Of a DNA stretch of 48,387 nucleotides, positions 28,547-39,224 are shown one piece after another. Within the stretch, counting starts at the first letter, position 1. Each line of letters starts with the position of its first letter. A model generated the notes under the pieces. It was given only the letters and a program-made list of their open reading frames with translations, made no database searches and was not told the origin of the DNA. Both the position numbers and the translations under genes were made by a program. Source of the stretch: Candidatus Heimdallarchaeota archaeon (GTDB lineage: Archaea > Asgardarchaeota > Heimdallarchaeia > Heimdallarchaeales > Heimdallarchaeaceae); contig JABCTC010000026.1 in assembly GCA_018238545.1 (NCBI GenBank), forward strand, positions 1 to 48,387, in the 5' to 3' direction.

Positions 28547-28654
28547 ATGTCATGATTGGGTAACTTACCAAAAACTGCCAACCGAATGACTCAATCTCTT
28601 TCTAATATACCATGTCTGAGAATGTGAGGATTACACGCGGACTTAGTATTTGAG

Positions 28655-28870
28655 CTATCCTTTATCATCAACTGAGATTAAATCAGGGCGTTCCTCTTCA
28701 TGTGATGTCTTTCCTAGACCCTGCCAGAAATTGATTACACTTGACCGAACTATACTTTGTGTTCTACGAGTTCCCTTACCATTTACACAATATATACAGA
28801 ACTCGTCATTATCGCTACACTTTGTATGTTCGTCAAGTGATAGTCCACACCCTTGACAATTTTTCACCAT
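28655..28870 (-). CDS. Small zinc-ribbon protein, possibly truncated
   Basis: CQGCGLSL...FCIYC. Confidence 0.5.
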   Translation of the reverse strand: MVKNCQGCGLSLDEHTKCSDNDEFCIYCVNGKGTRRTQSIVRSSVINFWQGLGKTSHEEERPDLISVDDKG

Positions 28871-28978
28871 TTAAATCAAAAATAAAACAAAGTAATCTAG
28901 TAATAAGAAAAACCATTCAAGCAGGAATGGTTTTGGTAACATCAGCGTTGATAGTTTCAATATTAAGGAAGTAATTGA

Positions 28979-29851
28979 TTGCTTGCCACATTAGTTGAGG
29001 TTACTGTGATATCATCTCGCTCAGAACTGATGAGGAAAATATTACTCACAATAGATCAGCACCCTTCATCAATCTACGATATTATGTACTCTATGACCAA
29101 TTTTTCCGATCCAAAAAGAACTAGACTACCCAAGCTTCTCAAATCTATGGAGAATGATAATCTAGTTGTAAGTGCGCTCCAACCAGGACCACTTGGTCCA
29201 TATCGAAGAATCTACAAAACCGGTCCAGACGCAGAGAAGTTTCTGGTAGAAAACCTTCGAGATTCGATTGAAACTATACTTCATTTCTATAATTCATACA
29301 GAACATCAAATCCCGGTGAATTATATGAACTAGGGGAGAACCCAGATATTGCTACTAAAGATGGCAAAATCCTGTATGCGTCGTATCCTCAAGTCAAAGT
29401 AAATGACCTTAATGAAATTAGAAACCTTTCATCCAATCATAATGTTACAATCTCAATCCTAGGCCCGGATGATATCCTAAGTAAAACAGGAATTTCCTAT
29501 GATGTTGTGGAGTCAAATATCATGGATATAGAATCACCAAGCAAAACATACTCTGAGGTCCGTCTTAGGGGAATCCCACCAAGAAACCAGCTTCCAAAAG
29601 CTATTGCAGAATGCAAGAGAGTGTTGATCAGAGGTGGAATGTTGAGAATGGTGGTACCGTTTGTATTCTTTGATGAACCTGAGAAAGCAACACTTGGCGA
29701 ATTCCTTAGAATCACTGCAGCCACTCAGTTTCCTGAGTTAAGAGTAGCCGAAGGAAATGATATTCTCCATATTATTAAGCAGAATTTTTCAAAACATGGA
29801 ACCTATGAAACCAAATTTGGAGAAGTCCGTTTCTGGGCAGTCAAGTCATAG
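28979..29851 (+). CDS. PadR-like winged-helix protein fused to a degenerate methyltransferase-like domain
   Basis: LLKSMENDNLV...GPYRRIYKTG wing; C-terminal AIAECKRVLIRGGML; no glycine-rich motif I. Confidence 0.6.
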   Translation: MLATLVEVTVISSRSELMRKILLTIDQHPSSIYDIMYSMTNFSDPKRTRLPKLLKSMENDNLVVSALQPGPLGPYRRIYKTGPDAEKFLVENLRDSIETILHFYNSYRTSNPGELYELGENPDIATKDGKILYASYPQVKVNDLNEIRNLSSNHNVTISILGPDDILSKTGISYDVVESNIMDIESPSKTYSEVRLRGIPPRNQLPKAIAECKRVLIRGGMLRMVVPFVFFDEPEKATLGEFLRITAATQFPELRVAEGNDILHIIKQNFSKHGTYETKFGEVRFWAVKS

Positions 29852-29852
29852 A

Positions 29853-30545
29853 CTATTCATCTAAACCAGGTTTTCTGGCAACTATCCAAACATACCCTCT
29901 TTTATCGCCAGGTTTCATAATTCGTTCTTCAGTACCAAACCCATGTATGGTCCAACCTTCAAGTTCGGATTTTAGTTCTTCTTCGTCGATGAATCTAATT
30001 GGTGGATCAGTGTCAAAATGAGGGAGAATATTCCCACTATATACAAAAAATCCTCCAGGTTTCACTGCTGCAACCGCTTCCCTCATTCGAGGTACCGTTC
30101 TATCAAAGAGGTATTGCAAACATTGAAGGGCAATAACCACATTATACGATTCTAGTTCTATTGGCCAGCCATCCATATCATCCAGTCTGAACTCCACATT
30201 TTCAATCAGATTCAAAATATTAGCTCTCTTTTCTGCTACAGCTATTGCACTAACCAAAGCATCAACAGCAACTAATCGACAACCCATCTTTGCCAAGTAG
30301 CATGATACACTTCCGTAACCACACCCAAGTTCTAAAACATCCATATTCTTCGCATCTGATTCAGTAATTGCAAGAGCATGTTCTAATTGCTGAATGCGAG
30401 ATCCTACGTTAAGCTGCGAAAGTTCTTCATCACTTGCAGAAAGCATCTGACTGTAAATCTTATCCCAGCCGTCCATCCATTTCTTAGGTGCTGCCACGCT
30501 AACATGAGTATGTGCAGTCATTTTACTCGAGCGCGCAGCCAACAA
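29853..30545 (-). CDS. Class I SAM-dependent methyltransferase
   Basis: VLELGCGYG, LVAVDA, VKPGG. Confidence 0.9.
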   Translation of the reverse strand: MLAARSSKMTAHTHVSVAAPKKWMDGWDKIYSQMLSASDEELSQLNVGSRIQQLEHALAITESDAKNMDVLELGCGYGSVSCYLAKMGCRLVAVDALVSAIAVAEKRANILNLIENVEFRLDDMDGWPIELESYNVVIALQCLQYLFDRTVPRMREAVAAVKPGGFFVYSGNILPHFDTDPPIRFIDEEELKSELEGWTIHGFGTEERIMKPGDKRGYVWIVARKPGLDE

Positions 30546-30610
30546 CGTGATGTATAAGAAGTTTGGTTTCAGCTATGTGAGAAAGCACATAGAGAAAAGC
30601 TGATATTGAT

Positions 30611-31093
30611 TTGCTTATGCCACCATTAACTGTAAATAGAAAATTTTCTGGGGTTTACATAATGCACGATAAGAAAGAGAAGATTGTTAGTCTTATAATG
30701 AAACACAATGTCAGTGCTATTGCTATTCTCAGTGAGAATCTTGAACTTGACCAAGAAGCTGTTATTGAACTAATCAATGAACTGATATCAGAGAATGGGC
30801 TTCATGGAATGGTATCGGAAGATGGTGTTAGATTCTTCAGAAGTGATGCAAAGGTTTCTGACGCCCCAGTCATTCACCGCGAGGACCATCTACCGGAATT
30901 TCTCAGTTATGATTCACGCCCCGGGAAAGTAATCGCGATTATAGGTTTTATAATTCTAATAGGTGCAGGGCTAGTCACTAATTATGCTACTGATATAACT
31001 GAGGAAAATTTTGCAGCAGGACTCTTTCTTGTTGGATTAGTCATTTTCTTAGGTGGTCTTTACTTAGTAACAAAGAAGGATACACCAGCCTAG
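30611..31093 (+). CDS. Winged-helix-like N-domain plus two C-terminal TM helices
   Basis: LSENLELDQEAVIELINELI...LHGMVSEDG; likely start at MHDKK. Confidence 0.6.
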   Translation: MLMPPLTVNRKFSGVYIMHDKKEKIVSLIMKHNVSAIAILSENLELDQEAVIELINELISENGLHGMVSEDGVRFFRSDAKVSDAPVIHREDHLPEFLSYDSRPGKVIAIIGFIILIGAGLVTNYATDITEENFAAGLFLVGLVIFLGGLYLVTKKDTPA

Positions 31094-31134
31094 CAACGTA
31101 ATTGTTATCATAACGGATTGCTTAAGTAGAGGTC

Positions 31135-32133
31135 TTGATGGCCGCTAAGTACGGTGACTCAATGCAAGACCTCATCTTTTTCGCAATGACAATCTCAATT
31201 TTTGCTGTTGGTGTTGGCATTCTTTCGTCCATGATTGGAATCGGTGGAGGAACCGTCAATACTCCATTACTACTGATTGTCTTTGCTGGAATTTTCGATG
31301 AACAAACTGCACCAGCAACAGCTCTAGTAGGAGCACTCTTCGTATCAATCGCAGCATCAATTAGTTATTGGAGGCAAAACCCACGACCAACTATTCTTCG
31401 AATTGGTTTCATGTTTGCATTACTAACTGTTCCAGGATCACTTTTTGGAGTATATTTACGTACATTAATTGAGGCGCCATATCTTCTCCGTCTCATTTTT
31501 GGAATCTCACTGATGCCTATTGCTCTCAAAATGCTTTATGCAAAGAAACGTGGCAACGGAGATCTTGCATCTGAAATGGCAAATTGGGACATATCACAAA
31601 TTTCTAGGCGACAGATGGCAACAGCACTTATTGGTGCATTCATAGGCGGAATCTCAGCGGGTCTTCTGGGACTTGGCGGAGGTGCTGTTATTGTTCCAAT
31701 TCTCTGTGTAGTAATGGGATTACCAATGCATGCAGCAGTTGCAACCTCGATGTTCACAATGATGTTTACGGCATCTGCAGGAACTGCGTACAATGTCATG
31801 CTTGGCTCTGTGAACCTCTATTTTGCGATGGCACTTGGAATAGGTATGCTTGTAGGTGGTCAAATAGGTTCGAGGTTTGCATGCAAAGTCAATGCAGTCA
31901 AATTGAAACAAATCTTTGGACTCATCATTGTTCTACCCTTAATATCAATGATGAAACTCGGTCAGTTATGGTTAGATCCTACTGGCTCGAGAGGTCTATT
32001 ATCCACAATTGGCGATGTAATAATCTGGTTAGCGATTGTTCTACCAATAGGTTTTCTGAGACGGTATCAAATTCGTAAGCAACCCTCTTCAGAAGAATCA
32101 TCTGGGGATTGTGACTTACCCACTCCTGAGTAA
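31135..32133 (+). CDS. TauE/SafE (sulfite exporter) family membrane protein
   Basis: GIGGG...P and GLLGLGGG..IVP...AVATS repeats. Confidence 0.9.
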   Translation: MMAAKYGDSMQDLIFFAMTISIFAVGVGILSSMIGIGGGTVNTPLLLIVFAGIFDEQTAPATALVGALFVSIAASISYWRQNPRPTILRIGFMFALLTVPGSLFGVYLRTLIEAPYLLRLIFGISLMPIALKMLYAKKRGNGDLASEMANWDISQISRRQMATALIGAFIGGISAGLLGLGGGAVIVPILCVVMGLPMHAAVATSMFTMMFTASAGTAYNVMLGSVNLYFAMALGIGMLVGGQIGSRFACKVNAVKLKQIFGLIIVLPLISMMKLGQLWLDPTGSRGLLSTIGDVIIWLAIVLPIGFLRRYQIRKQPSSEESSGDCDLPTPE

Positions 32134-32203
32134 CATATACCACAAGCAGACTTAGTCTTCGTTTATTAGGAGGTTCATCTATTGAGTCATGTTCATACCA
32201 TAG

Positions 32204-32980
32204 GTGAGTGCATTGGCGAAATATAATTTTGAAGGGAAGACTGCAATCATTACTGGAGCATCTGCTGGTCTCGGGGAACAATTTGCGTATGCATTTGCCG
32301 AATCAGGAGCAAGTGTAGTACTCGCAGCCCGAAGAAAGGAACATCTTGACAAAATAGCTGACAATATCAAACGAAAATATAACACTGAAACAATTACAAT
32401 TCAGACTGATGTATCTATAGAAAACGATGTCATCAAACTAGTGGATGAAACAGTAAATAAGCTTGGAACTGTTGATATCCTGATTAACAATGCGGGTATT
32501 TTCATTTCAAAGCCATTGATTGAACAGACCTTGGATGATTGGCACACAGTCATGGATGTGAACCTCACCTCAGCTTTTGTGGCATCCCGCGAGGTTGCCA
32601 AAATTATGATCCCAAAGAGATCGGGAGTTATTATCAACATCTCATCAACCTACGGTTTCGGTGCAACGAGATTTCCAGAGGTTAGCTATTACACATCAAA
32701 GGGAGGGATTATCGCAATGACGAAAGCGCTAGCTGTTGAATTAGGTGAATACAATATTCGAGTTAATGCAATTGCACCAGGGTTCTTTCCAACTCCGATG
32801 TCAATAGATGCATTCAATGATGAGAAGCTAGTAACAAATCTGATCAGACCAAGAACAGCTCTTCCAATGTTAGCAGAAAATGAATGGATAAGAGGCGCAG
32901 CCTGTTTCTTAGCTAGTGATGATGCAAAGTACATTACAGGACATACCCTAGCTGTTGATGGCGGGTATCTTGCATTTTAA
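32204..32980 (+). CDS. Short-chain dehydrogenase/reductase
   Basis: TGASAGLG, NNAG, YYTSK, NAIAPG, VDGG. Confidence 0.95.
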   Translation: MSALAKYNFEGKTAIITGASAGLGEQFAYAFAESGASVVLAARRKEHLDKIADNIKRKYNTETITIQTDVSIENDVIKLVDETVNKLGTVDILINNAGIFISKPLIEQTLDDWHTVMDVNLTSAFVASREVAKIMIPKRSGVIINISSTYGFGATRFPEVSYYTSKGGIIAMTKALAVELGEYNIRVNAIAPGFFPTPMSIDAFNDEKLVTNLIRPRTALPMLAENEWIRGAACFLASDDAKYITGHTLAVDGGYLAF

Positions 32981-32999
32981 TTCTAAAAAAGAAAACAAT

Positions 33000-33026
33000 A
33001 GGAAGGCAGGGTTAACCTACCTTCCT
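33000..33026 (-). terminator. Stem-loop with T-tract between convergent genes
   Basis: Minus strand AGGAAGGTAGG-TTAAC-CCTGCCTTCCT followed by ATTGTTTTCTTTTTT. Confidence 0.6.
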
Positions 33027-33041
33027 TTGTGATTCAAAGAT

Positions 33042-34142
33042 TTAGTCTTTCCAATCCAGAGCTTCAAAATCACGATACTTCTTCCATTGTGCACCTGCTG
33101 CTACACCTGCTATTAGAAGCAGAGAAATGAGGAACACTGCAAAGTTCTGGTATGCATCAAAACTGTCTGCATAAACCCAGAACCATATTGTGAGAATGAT
33201 AACCCAGGTAAAGGTTAAGCCTATTGAGAACCAACTCTCAGGTCCTTCTCCTCTCTTGCGAGCCCATGGTAGCCACATGGCTAAAATTAATCCACAGAAT
33301 ATTGCTAATGATAGAAGAACTGCGGCAACATTCTGATTTGCAGTATAGCTATTTGCAAATTGCCATAACCAAATGACAAGGATTGCAATCCATGCCCAAA
33401 ACAGACCAACTGTTATCTTTGGTTTCCGACCTATTTCAACCTCTCTATTGACTTGAATCTGCATTTCCCCCCACCAAGGAGAGATCACAATAATCATCAT
33501 CAATAGGAATGAAGCTAAAACGATTGCTACATTCTGGTAGAATGTTATGGCATAAACAGTGTCGGAAAAATCATTAGCGAATGGAAGCCATAGCGCTAGG
33601 AAAAACAACCAACCAGTTCCACCGATCCCGCTAATTCGAGCACCCCCTGAATCTCCTTTAGAGGGAACCCAGAGTAAAACGTTCAATGCTCCAATAAGAA
33701 GCAACGATGCGAGTCCGATACCAATGTTCTCATAGAATCCAAATCCAGAAGCATAGAAGACAATCCAGATTATCAGAAACGCTAACCATGCGATTCCACT
33801 TACTGCACTGGCTTTTGGTTTCCGTCCTTCTTGAGCTGGAATCCAGATGAGTGTATTCACAGCTCCAATAGCCAAGAGTGCTACAAATATCACTGTAATG
33901 TTTTCAACGAGCCCGTTTGCACTAGCAAAGAAGAATAGCCAAACAATAGTAAAAGCCATCCAAAGAATGAAACTGACCAATGTTCCATATTCTTTACCGG
34001 AGGTCTTTCTCTTTAGAGATTTCCTTTTTCTTCGACTCTTAATTTCAATATCAATATCAAAATCCTCCTCTTCAACATCCTCGGATGTTTCTTCTGAAGG
34101 AAATTCATTATCATCAATAGGTTTCATTATTTCAAACCTCAT
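33042..34142 (-). CDS. Membrane protein with five tandem 2-TM repeats
   Basis: W-x6-W...A...(E/Q)N pattern occurs five times after an acidic-then-basic N-tail. Confidence 0.75.
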   Translation of the reverse strand: MRFEIMKPIDDNEFPSEETSEDVEEEDFDIDIEIKSRRKRKSLKRKTSGKEYGTLVSFILWMAFTIVWLFFFASANGLVENITVIFVALLAIGAVNTLIWIPAQEGRKPKASAVSGIAWLAFLIIWIVFYASGFGFYENIGIGLASLLLIGALNVLLWVPSKGDSGGARISGIGGTGWLFFLALWLPFANDFSDTVYAITFYQNVAIVLASFLLMMIIVISPWWGEMQIQVNREVEIGRKPKITVGLFWAWIAILVIWLWQFANSYTANQNVAAVLLSLAIFCGLILAMWLPWARKRGEGPESWFSIGLTFTWVIILTIWFWVYADSFDAYQNFAVFLISLLLIAGVAAGAQWKKYRDFEALDWKD

Positions 34143-34320
34143 CCAACGCGTTAAGTAATATGCGTCAGCTTTCTAATTCTATGCTCTCTACTTTCTATAT
34201 AAAGCAGGGGCACAAATTGGGGTCACAATATGTGACTACCTTTGAACCCATTCATTAATAACAATCGTTAAATATCTTGTGGAATCCATGTAGACAACTA
34301 TCGTTCATGAGGAATAAAAA

Positions 34321-34797
34321 ATGGCAGATGAAAAGATGACTATGGATGAATTCCATAAGAAAGTCGCAATCAGTACTAACAATGGAATTTGGACAATTCT
34401 AGACAATGATTCTCCATCCTCACAGGAGCTAGAAGATGCACTACGCATGGCTCATACTACTAGATACCACTGGAGTAAAGTTGGTACTACTGTTAATGCA
34501 GTACGAGCTGAGTACATGCTAGCTAGAGTCTATGCACACATGAAAAAAGCTGAACCCGCGCTGGCCCATGCAAGCCGAGGTCTAGAACTTGCAAAAGAAG
34601 CAGAGAAGACTGATGACAAATGGAAGGATTGGGACTTGCCTTTCATTTACGAAGCACTTGCTAGATCTCATGCTATTGCTGGGAACAAGAGTGAATGTAA
34701 GAAATACAAGGACCTTGCGCAAAAAGCTACTGATGCTGTTAAGGGAGAAGAGGATAAAAAAATCTGTCAAGGAGAGCTTGACAAAGTTACTTGCTAA
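34321..34797 (+). CDS. Conserved-looking helical hypothetical protein
   Basis: AHTTRYHW..VGT..N..R.EY..ARVY; F.YEALAR helical repeats. Confidence 0.7.
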   Translation: MADEKMTMDEFHKKVAISTNNGIWTILDNDSPSSQELEDALRMAHTTRYHWSKVGTTVNAVRAEYMLARVYAHMKKAEPALAHASRGLELAKEAEKTDDKWKDWDLPFIYEALARSHAIAGNKSECKKYKDLAQKATDAVKGEEDKKICQGELDKVTC

Positions 34798-34836
34798 CTC
34801 TTTTCTCCCTAGAACACTTTTTACTGGTGAGGAAAA

Positions 34837-35298
34837 CTATGTTAGTTTCTTCCTGAAGAAAATCTCTCCAATTCCACCGTCATTCAAACCTGAAATTATG
34901 CCACATTCTTCGAATCCTACTGCCCTGTGCCACGCTTGAGCTTCGGGTTCATTAGCCTGAGAAGAACTCATCAGTTTATCATGACCGTGAGCACGGAGAT
35001 GATCCTCCAAATACTCAATCATCTTGCGGCCAATACCTGCGTTTCGATACTCGTCAATAACGAAAATCAATCCAATGTAGGGTGTTGTAGACCACAAGAA
35101 CTCCAATCGAATGTAACCAATGAGTTGGCCATCGAGCTCCACAACAATGATCTCATTATTCACAATCTTATTTCGAATAATTTTCTCAGTTACATGACTA
35201 TCTTCAACAACGCACCATTCAAGATCCTCTGGACCTGCAAAACGAACTAGAGCTCTTTCTTGTATACCCATAACAATACGCGTCCCTACTGGCTGCAC
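34837..35298 (-). CDS. GNAT-family acetyltransferase
   Basis: V..EYRNAGIGRKM, N..AQAWHRAVGF. Confidence 0.9.
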   Translation of the reverse strand: MQPVGTRIVMGIQERALVRFAGPEDLEWCVVEDSHVTEKIIRNKIVNNEIIVVELDGQLIGYIRLEFLWSTTPYIGLIFVIDEYRNAGIGRKMIEYLEDHLRAHGHDKLMSSSQANEPEAQAWHRAVGFEECGIISGLNDGGIGEIFFRKKLT

Positions 35299-35390
35299 TG
35301 CAGAACTTACTCAAGAAACTTGCGTATTAAAATTGTTAGAATAAGCCTTAAGGTTTTACATAGAAAATTGTCTTCAGAGGAATAAAAAGA

Positions 35391-35717
35391 TTGAAGATTA
35401 TTGAATTTGATAGTGAATTTAATCAAACTGTCCTGAATTTTCTGATTAGGAACTATAGCAAGGTGTTGAGTAAACGCTGGAATTCTGGGAAGAATACAGT
35501 AGCTGTTTTTGTACATGAGGAATATGTAAAGAGAACAGGCAGTGACCAGACGATTACTGTTGTATTCGAACCATCAGGAGTCATTAGAAGAAGTCGAATC
35601 ACTGTCATTGGAAGTGGAGGAGGTAAAGGTATCATGGGCATGGATTGGGGGTCTGAATCAGCAGCAGAAGATACTCTAATTAAGAGAATCAAGGAAATTA
35701 CTTCGTCGAGGTACTAA
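35391..35717 (+). CDS. Small alpha/beta hypothetical protein
   Basis: EEY..R.GS...ITVVF...IGSGGG.G...DWGSE; fills the gap between neighbouring genes. Confidence 0.6.
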   Translation: MKIIEFDSEFNQTVLNFLIRNYSKVLSKRWNSGKNTVAVFVHEEYVKRTGSDQTITVVFEPSGVIRRSRITVIGSGGGKGIMGMDWGSESAAEDTLIKRIKEITSSRY

Positions 35718-38533
35718 TCTCTGAAGTCTTTGTTTTCATATTCTTCTGGATTTGCATCGAATGTCTGCTTGCAATAAGGAGCACAGAAGTAGTACCGCTG
35801 GTCCTGGTAATCACTATGAAGTTCAGCAGTTGCAGTATCGACGTCCATCTTACAAATTGGATCGATTGCTATTGCAGGTGTAGCTTCTTTTAGTGTCGAT
35901 TCAGTATCACGATATTTCTCAGGATCTTCTTCGAATGTGTTTTTGCAATACTGAGCACAGAAGTAGTATCGTTTTTCTTCAAAATCTGTGTAGAGTTCTG
36001 CAGTTGCAATGTCGACCTTCATCTTACAGATAGGATCAACTGCTACATCACCTTCAAGAAATGCAGCTGGAGGAGTTACTGGTTTTTCTACGTCAATACT
36101 ATGGGGTTTGAATCTATTCAAAGTCAGCGCATTTGTAACCACGCTAACACTGGATAACGCCATGGCAAGACCTGCAAATTGTGGTTGAAGATAAAGACCA
36201 AATGAAGGGTATAACAGTCCTGCAGCAATTGGCAACAGAATGATGTTGTAGATTAGTGCCCAGAAGAAGCCTTGCTTGATTTTTGTCATCGTTCTCTTTC
36301 CAAGCTGAATTCCGGTTACAACATCCATTAAGTCATCCTTTACAAGTACAATATCACCGGATTCAACAGACACATCCGTTCCTGAACCCAATGCAATACC
36401 TACATCGGCCTGAGCTAGCGCAATCGCATCATTGACACCATCGCCAGCCATTCCAACAATCCGTCCTTGAGCTTGCAAGTTTTTAATTTGCTTTGCTTTC
36501 TCATCAGGAAGAACTTCTGCAAGTACATTATCAATACCGACACTGTGTGCAATTGTTTTTGCAGTCACTTCTTTGTCGCCGGTTATCATCCAAACTTCAA
36601 TGCCCATACCTTTGAGAGTTCGTACAGCTTGGGCGGAACTAGCCTTTAGCTCATCAGCAATTGCCAATATCGCCAGTTGGTCACCCCCAATAGCGGCATA
36701 GACTACAGTTTTCCCTTGCTGTTGTAACATCAGTGAATGATCTGTATTTTCCGCAAAACTTACTCCATGGTCAGACATGAATTGCTCATTGCCAACATGG
36801 ATTGCCTTTCCATCTACTACTGAACTAACTCCCTTACCAGTTGTGTATGTAAAATCCGTTGATGATGGAATATCAATACCCTTCTCCTCAGTATAATAAA
36901 CTACAGCCTCAGCTAACGGATGTTCACTATTCTTCTCAACTGCAGCGATAAGGCGGAGAGCCGCCTCTTCATTGGCATTACCAGTTACAAGGATATCAGT
37001 TACTGTTGGCCGACCAATAGTTAGTGTTCCCGTCTTATCGAATACAATTGTATCAATAACGGGTATAGTTTCCAAAGATTCGCCCGTCTTAATGAGAACT
37101 CCATACTGTGCCCCTTTACCTATACCTACCATAATTGCAGTAGGAGTGGCAAGACCAAGAGCACACGGACAAGCCGCAACTAAGACAGCAATTGAGAAGT
37201 TCAATGCTAATGTCCAGCTGACATTCATCACAAATACCCAGAAGAGATACGTGGCTACTGCTATTACCAGAACAACCGGGGTGAACACTCCAGCGATTGC
37301 ATCAGCTTTTCGTTGAATTGGAGGTTTGTTCGTCTGCGCTTCTTCTACCATTTTCACAATCTGAGAAAGTACAGTATCCTGGCCAACCTTCATAGCTCTA
37401 ACTCGGAGGACACCATTCTTATTCACGGTACCACCAATGACTGAATCACCAACATTCTTTGCAACTGGTAATGCTTCTCCAGTTATCATCGACTCATCAA
37501 CCGATGACTTTCCTTCAAGAACCGTACCATCAACAGGCACCCTATCACCGGGTCGGATCAATACTATGTCATCTACTTCAACATCTACAATGGGGAGGGT
37601 CATTTCTTCGCCATCCCTGATGACAGTCGCGACTTTAGCTTGAAGGTCCATTAGGCCGCGGATCGCCTTAGATGTTCGTCCCTTTGCCACTGATTCAAGT
37701 GTACGTCCTAGAAGGATGAAAGTGATCAATAGAACAGAGGCATCATAAAATGGAGCGTATCCTACTAGAACAAAAGTGGTTGCTACAGAGTAAGAGTATG
37801 CAGCAGTTGTACCTAGCATAACTAGAGTATCCATGTTTGTCTTGAAATACCTCAATCCTCGTAGTGCAGCTTTATAGAATGGGTATCCACCAATAAACTG
37901 GACAGGAGTAGAGAGCAGAAACATGAAGAGCATTCGCATTTCTTCAGCAGGAATGAGTGCATCAAGAACACCAAAATGAAGAAGTACTACAGGTGTACTG
38001 AGAATCAAAGAAAATGTGAGGAGAAGTGAATAGTATCGAATTTCCTTCTCGCGTGCCAGAGATTCCCTATCCCCATCAGTACCCTCTGAAGATTCAATAT
38101 CAAATCCGAGTTCTTTGAGCGTTTTTCTAATAATCTTGAAAGTGACAAGATCGTCATCATAATCCAATAGTAGTCGCTTCGATTCTGGAAATGTCTTAGT
38201 TGAAATCACTCCAGGTACTATGTTCAATGAATCTGTTATCTGAAACCAATTGGCTTCTGTTGGTTCTCCCGAAATTGTAAGAGTCATTGTTGATCTTCTT
38301 GCGCGATAACCTGTAGAATCTACAGCTTTCTCCAATTCCGCACGATTTACAGAATCCGGGTTGTATTCAACAACCGCTTTTTCATCCAGAAGGCTTACTG
38401 TGGCTTTTATTACACCATCTTGAGAAAGTAGAGTTTTCTCGATTGAGGTTACACATGAAGCACAGTGCATACCTTCAATCTTCATGGATAACCTTGTCTT
38501 CTCGCTGTCAGCTTCCTCATTCATACTACTCAC
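35714..38533 (-). CDS. copA: Cu(I)-type P1B ATPase with N-terminal HMA and two C-terminal YHS domains
   Basis: GMHCASC, TGE, CPC, DKTGT, HP, GDGVND, YN, MALSS; two DPICKM...YYFC...C..TF...P..Y units. Confidence 0.93.
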   Translation of the reverse strand: MSSMNEEADSEKTRLSMKIEGMHCASCVTSIEKTLLSQDGVIKATVSLLDEKAVVEYNPDSVNRAELEKAVDSTGYRARRSTMTLTISGEPTEANWFQITDSLNIVPGVISTKTFPESKRLLLDYDDDLVTFKIIRKTLKELGFDIESSEGTDGDRESLAREKEIRYYSLLLTFSLILSTPVVLLHFGVLDALIPAEEMRMLFMFLLSTPVQFIGGYPFYKAALRGLRYFKTNMDTLVMLGTTAAYSYSVATTFVLVGYAPFYDASVLLITFILLGRTLESVAKGRTSKAIRGLMDLQAKVATVIRDGEEMTLPIVDVEVDDIVLIRPGDRVPVDGTVLEGKSSVDESMITGEALPVAKNVGDSVIGGTVNKNGVLRVRAMKVGQDTVLSQIVKMVEEAQTNKPPIQRKADAIAGVFTPVVLVIAVATYLFWVFVMNVSWTLALNFSIAVLVAACPCALGLATPTAIMVGIGKGAQYGVLIKTGESLETIPVIDTIVFDKTGTLTIGRPTVTDILVTGNANEEAALRLIAAVEKNSEHPLAEAVVYYTEEKGIDIPSSTDFTYTTGKGVSSVVDGKAIHVGNEQFMSDHGVSFAENTDHSLMLQQQGKTVVYAAIGGDQLAILAIADELKASSAQAVRTLKGMGIEVWMITGDKEVTAKTIAHSVGIDNVLAEVLPDEKAKQIKNLQAQGRIVGMAGDGVNDAIALAQADVGIALGSGTDVSVESGDIVLVKDDLMDVVTGIQLGKRTMTKIKQGFFWALIYNIILLPIAAGLLYPSFGLYLQPQFAGLAMALSSVSVVTNALTLNRFKPHSIDVEKPVTPPAAFLEGDVAVDPICKMKVDIATAELYTDFEEKRYYFCAQYCKNTFEEDPEKYRDTESTLKEATPAIAIDPICKMDVDTATAELHSDYQDQRYYFCAPYCKQTFDANPEEYENKDFRD

Positions 38534-38621
38534 TCAGATAAATCTTTAACGATAGTTAATGTTGTCATCTGAATTCTAATAACCGTTTTGATTGGGACGG
38601 ATAAAATAAAAGAGATTTCAC

Positions 38622-39224
38622 TTAGCCTATGAAGTGCGCGCTTTCTTTCTCACCTGCAACGTCAGACATCATTCGTAGCAATTCAGTGAAAGTATCTTGA
38701 ATGCCAGAACCAGTCCGAGCTGAGGTTTCGCGATAAATAGCAGGTACACCCAGCTTCTCAATGAAGTACTTGGTGAATTCTTCCCCTTCTTCAGTTGTGA
38801 CGTATTTGGACTTGTCAGTGGTGTAACGCAAATCAATCTTGTTTGCAATGATTACAGTGGGTGGAAGTGGGCCCATATTCTTGAAAGCCTCGACTAGCCA
38901 TTTGCTAGCGTTGTCAAAAGAATCGCGGTCTGTAACAGAGTAGACGAGACATATTCCATTGCACCCAGAATAGTAATGTCCACGGACCTTTTCAAAAGTT
39001 GGTTGTCCAGCCAAATCCCAAATAATAAATTTCACGATTTCTTGATCGAAAAGAACACGTTTAGTTGCCAGATCTACGCCAATCGTAGCAATGTGACCTT
39101 CGGTGAAATCTTCTCCGAGATAATTGCGGCGGATGCTCGTTTTTCCTACGGCACCATCGCCTATGAGAACGGCTTTCATTATTTTGCTACCGTCGTCTTG
39201 GTCTTTCATGGTGCTAGTCTCCAC
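38622..39224 (-). CDS. Rab-like small GTPase (Ras superfamily)
   Basis: G1 GDGAVGKT, G2 TIGVD, G3 WDLAGQ, G4 NKID, G5 ETSAR. Confidence 0.93.
   Translation of the reverse strand: METSTMKDQDDGSKIMKAVLIGDGAVGKTSIRRNYLGEDFTEGHIATIGVDLATKRVLFDQEIVKFIIWDLAGQPTFEKVRGHYYSGCNGICLVYSVTDRDSFDNASKWLVEAFKNMGPLPPTVIIANKIDLRYTTDKSKYVTTEEGEEFTKYFIEKLGVPAIYRETSARTGSGIQDTFTELLRMMSDVAGEKESAHFIG

Larger units (their letters stand above)
27559..28635. mobile_element. Candidate degenerate ~1-kb element with 17-bp direct repeats and subterminal inverted repeats
   Basis: AGAA(C/T)GTGAGGATTACA at 27559-27575 and 28619-28635; TATATTAGAAAG-N5-GAGTC at 27585-27606 and inverted at 28588-28609. Confidence 0.5.
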
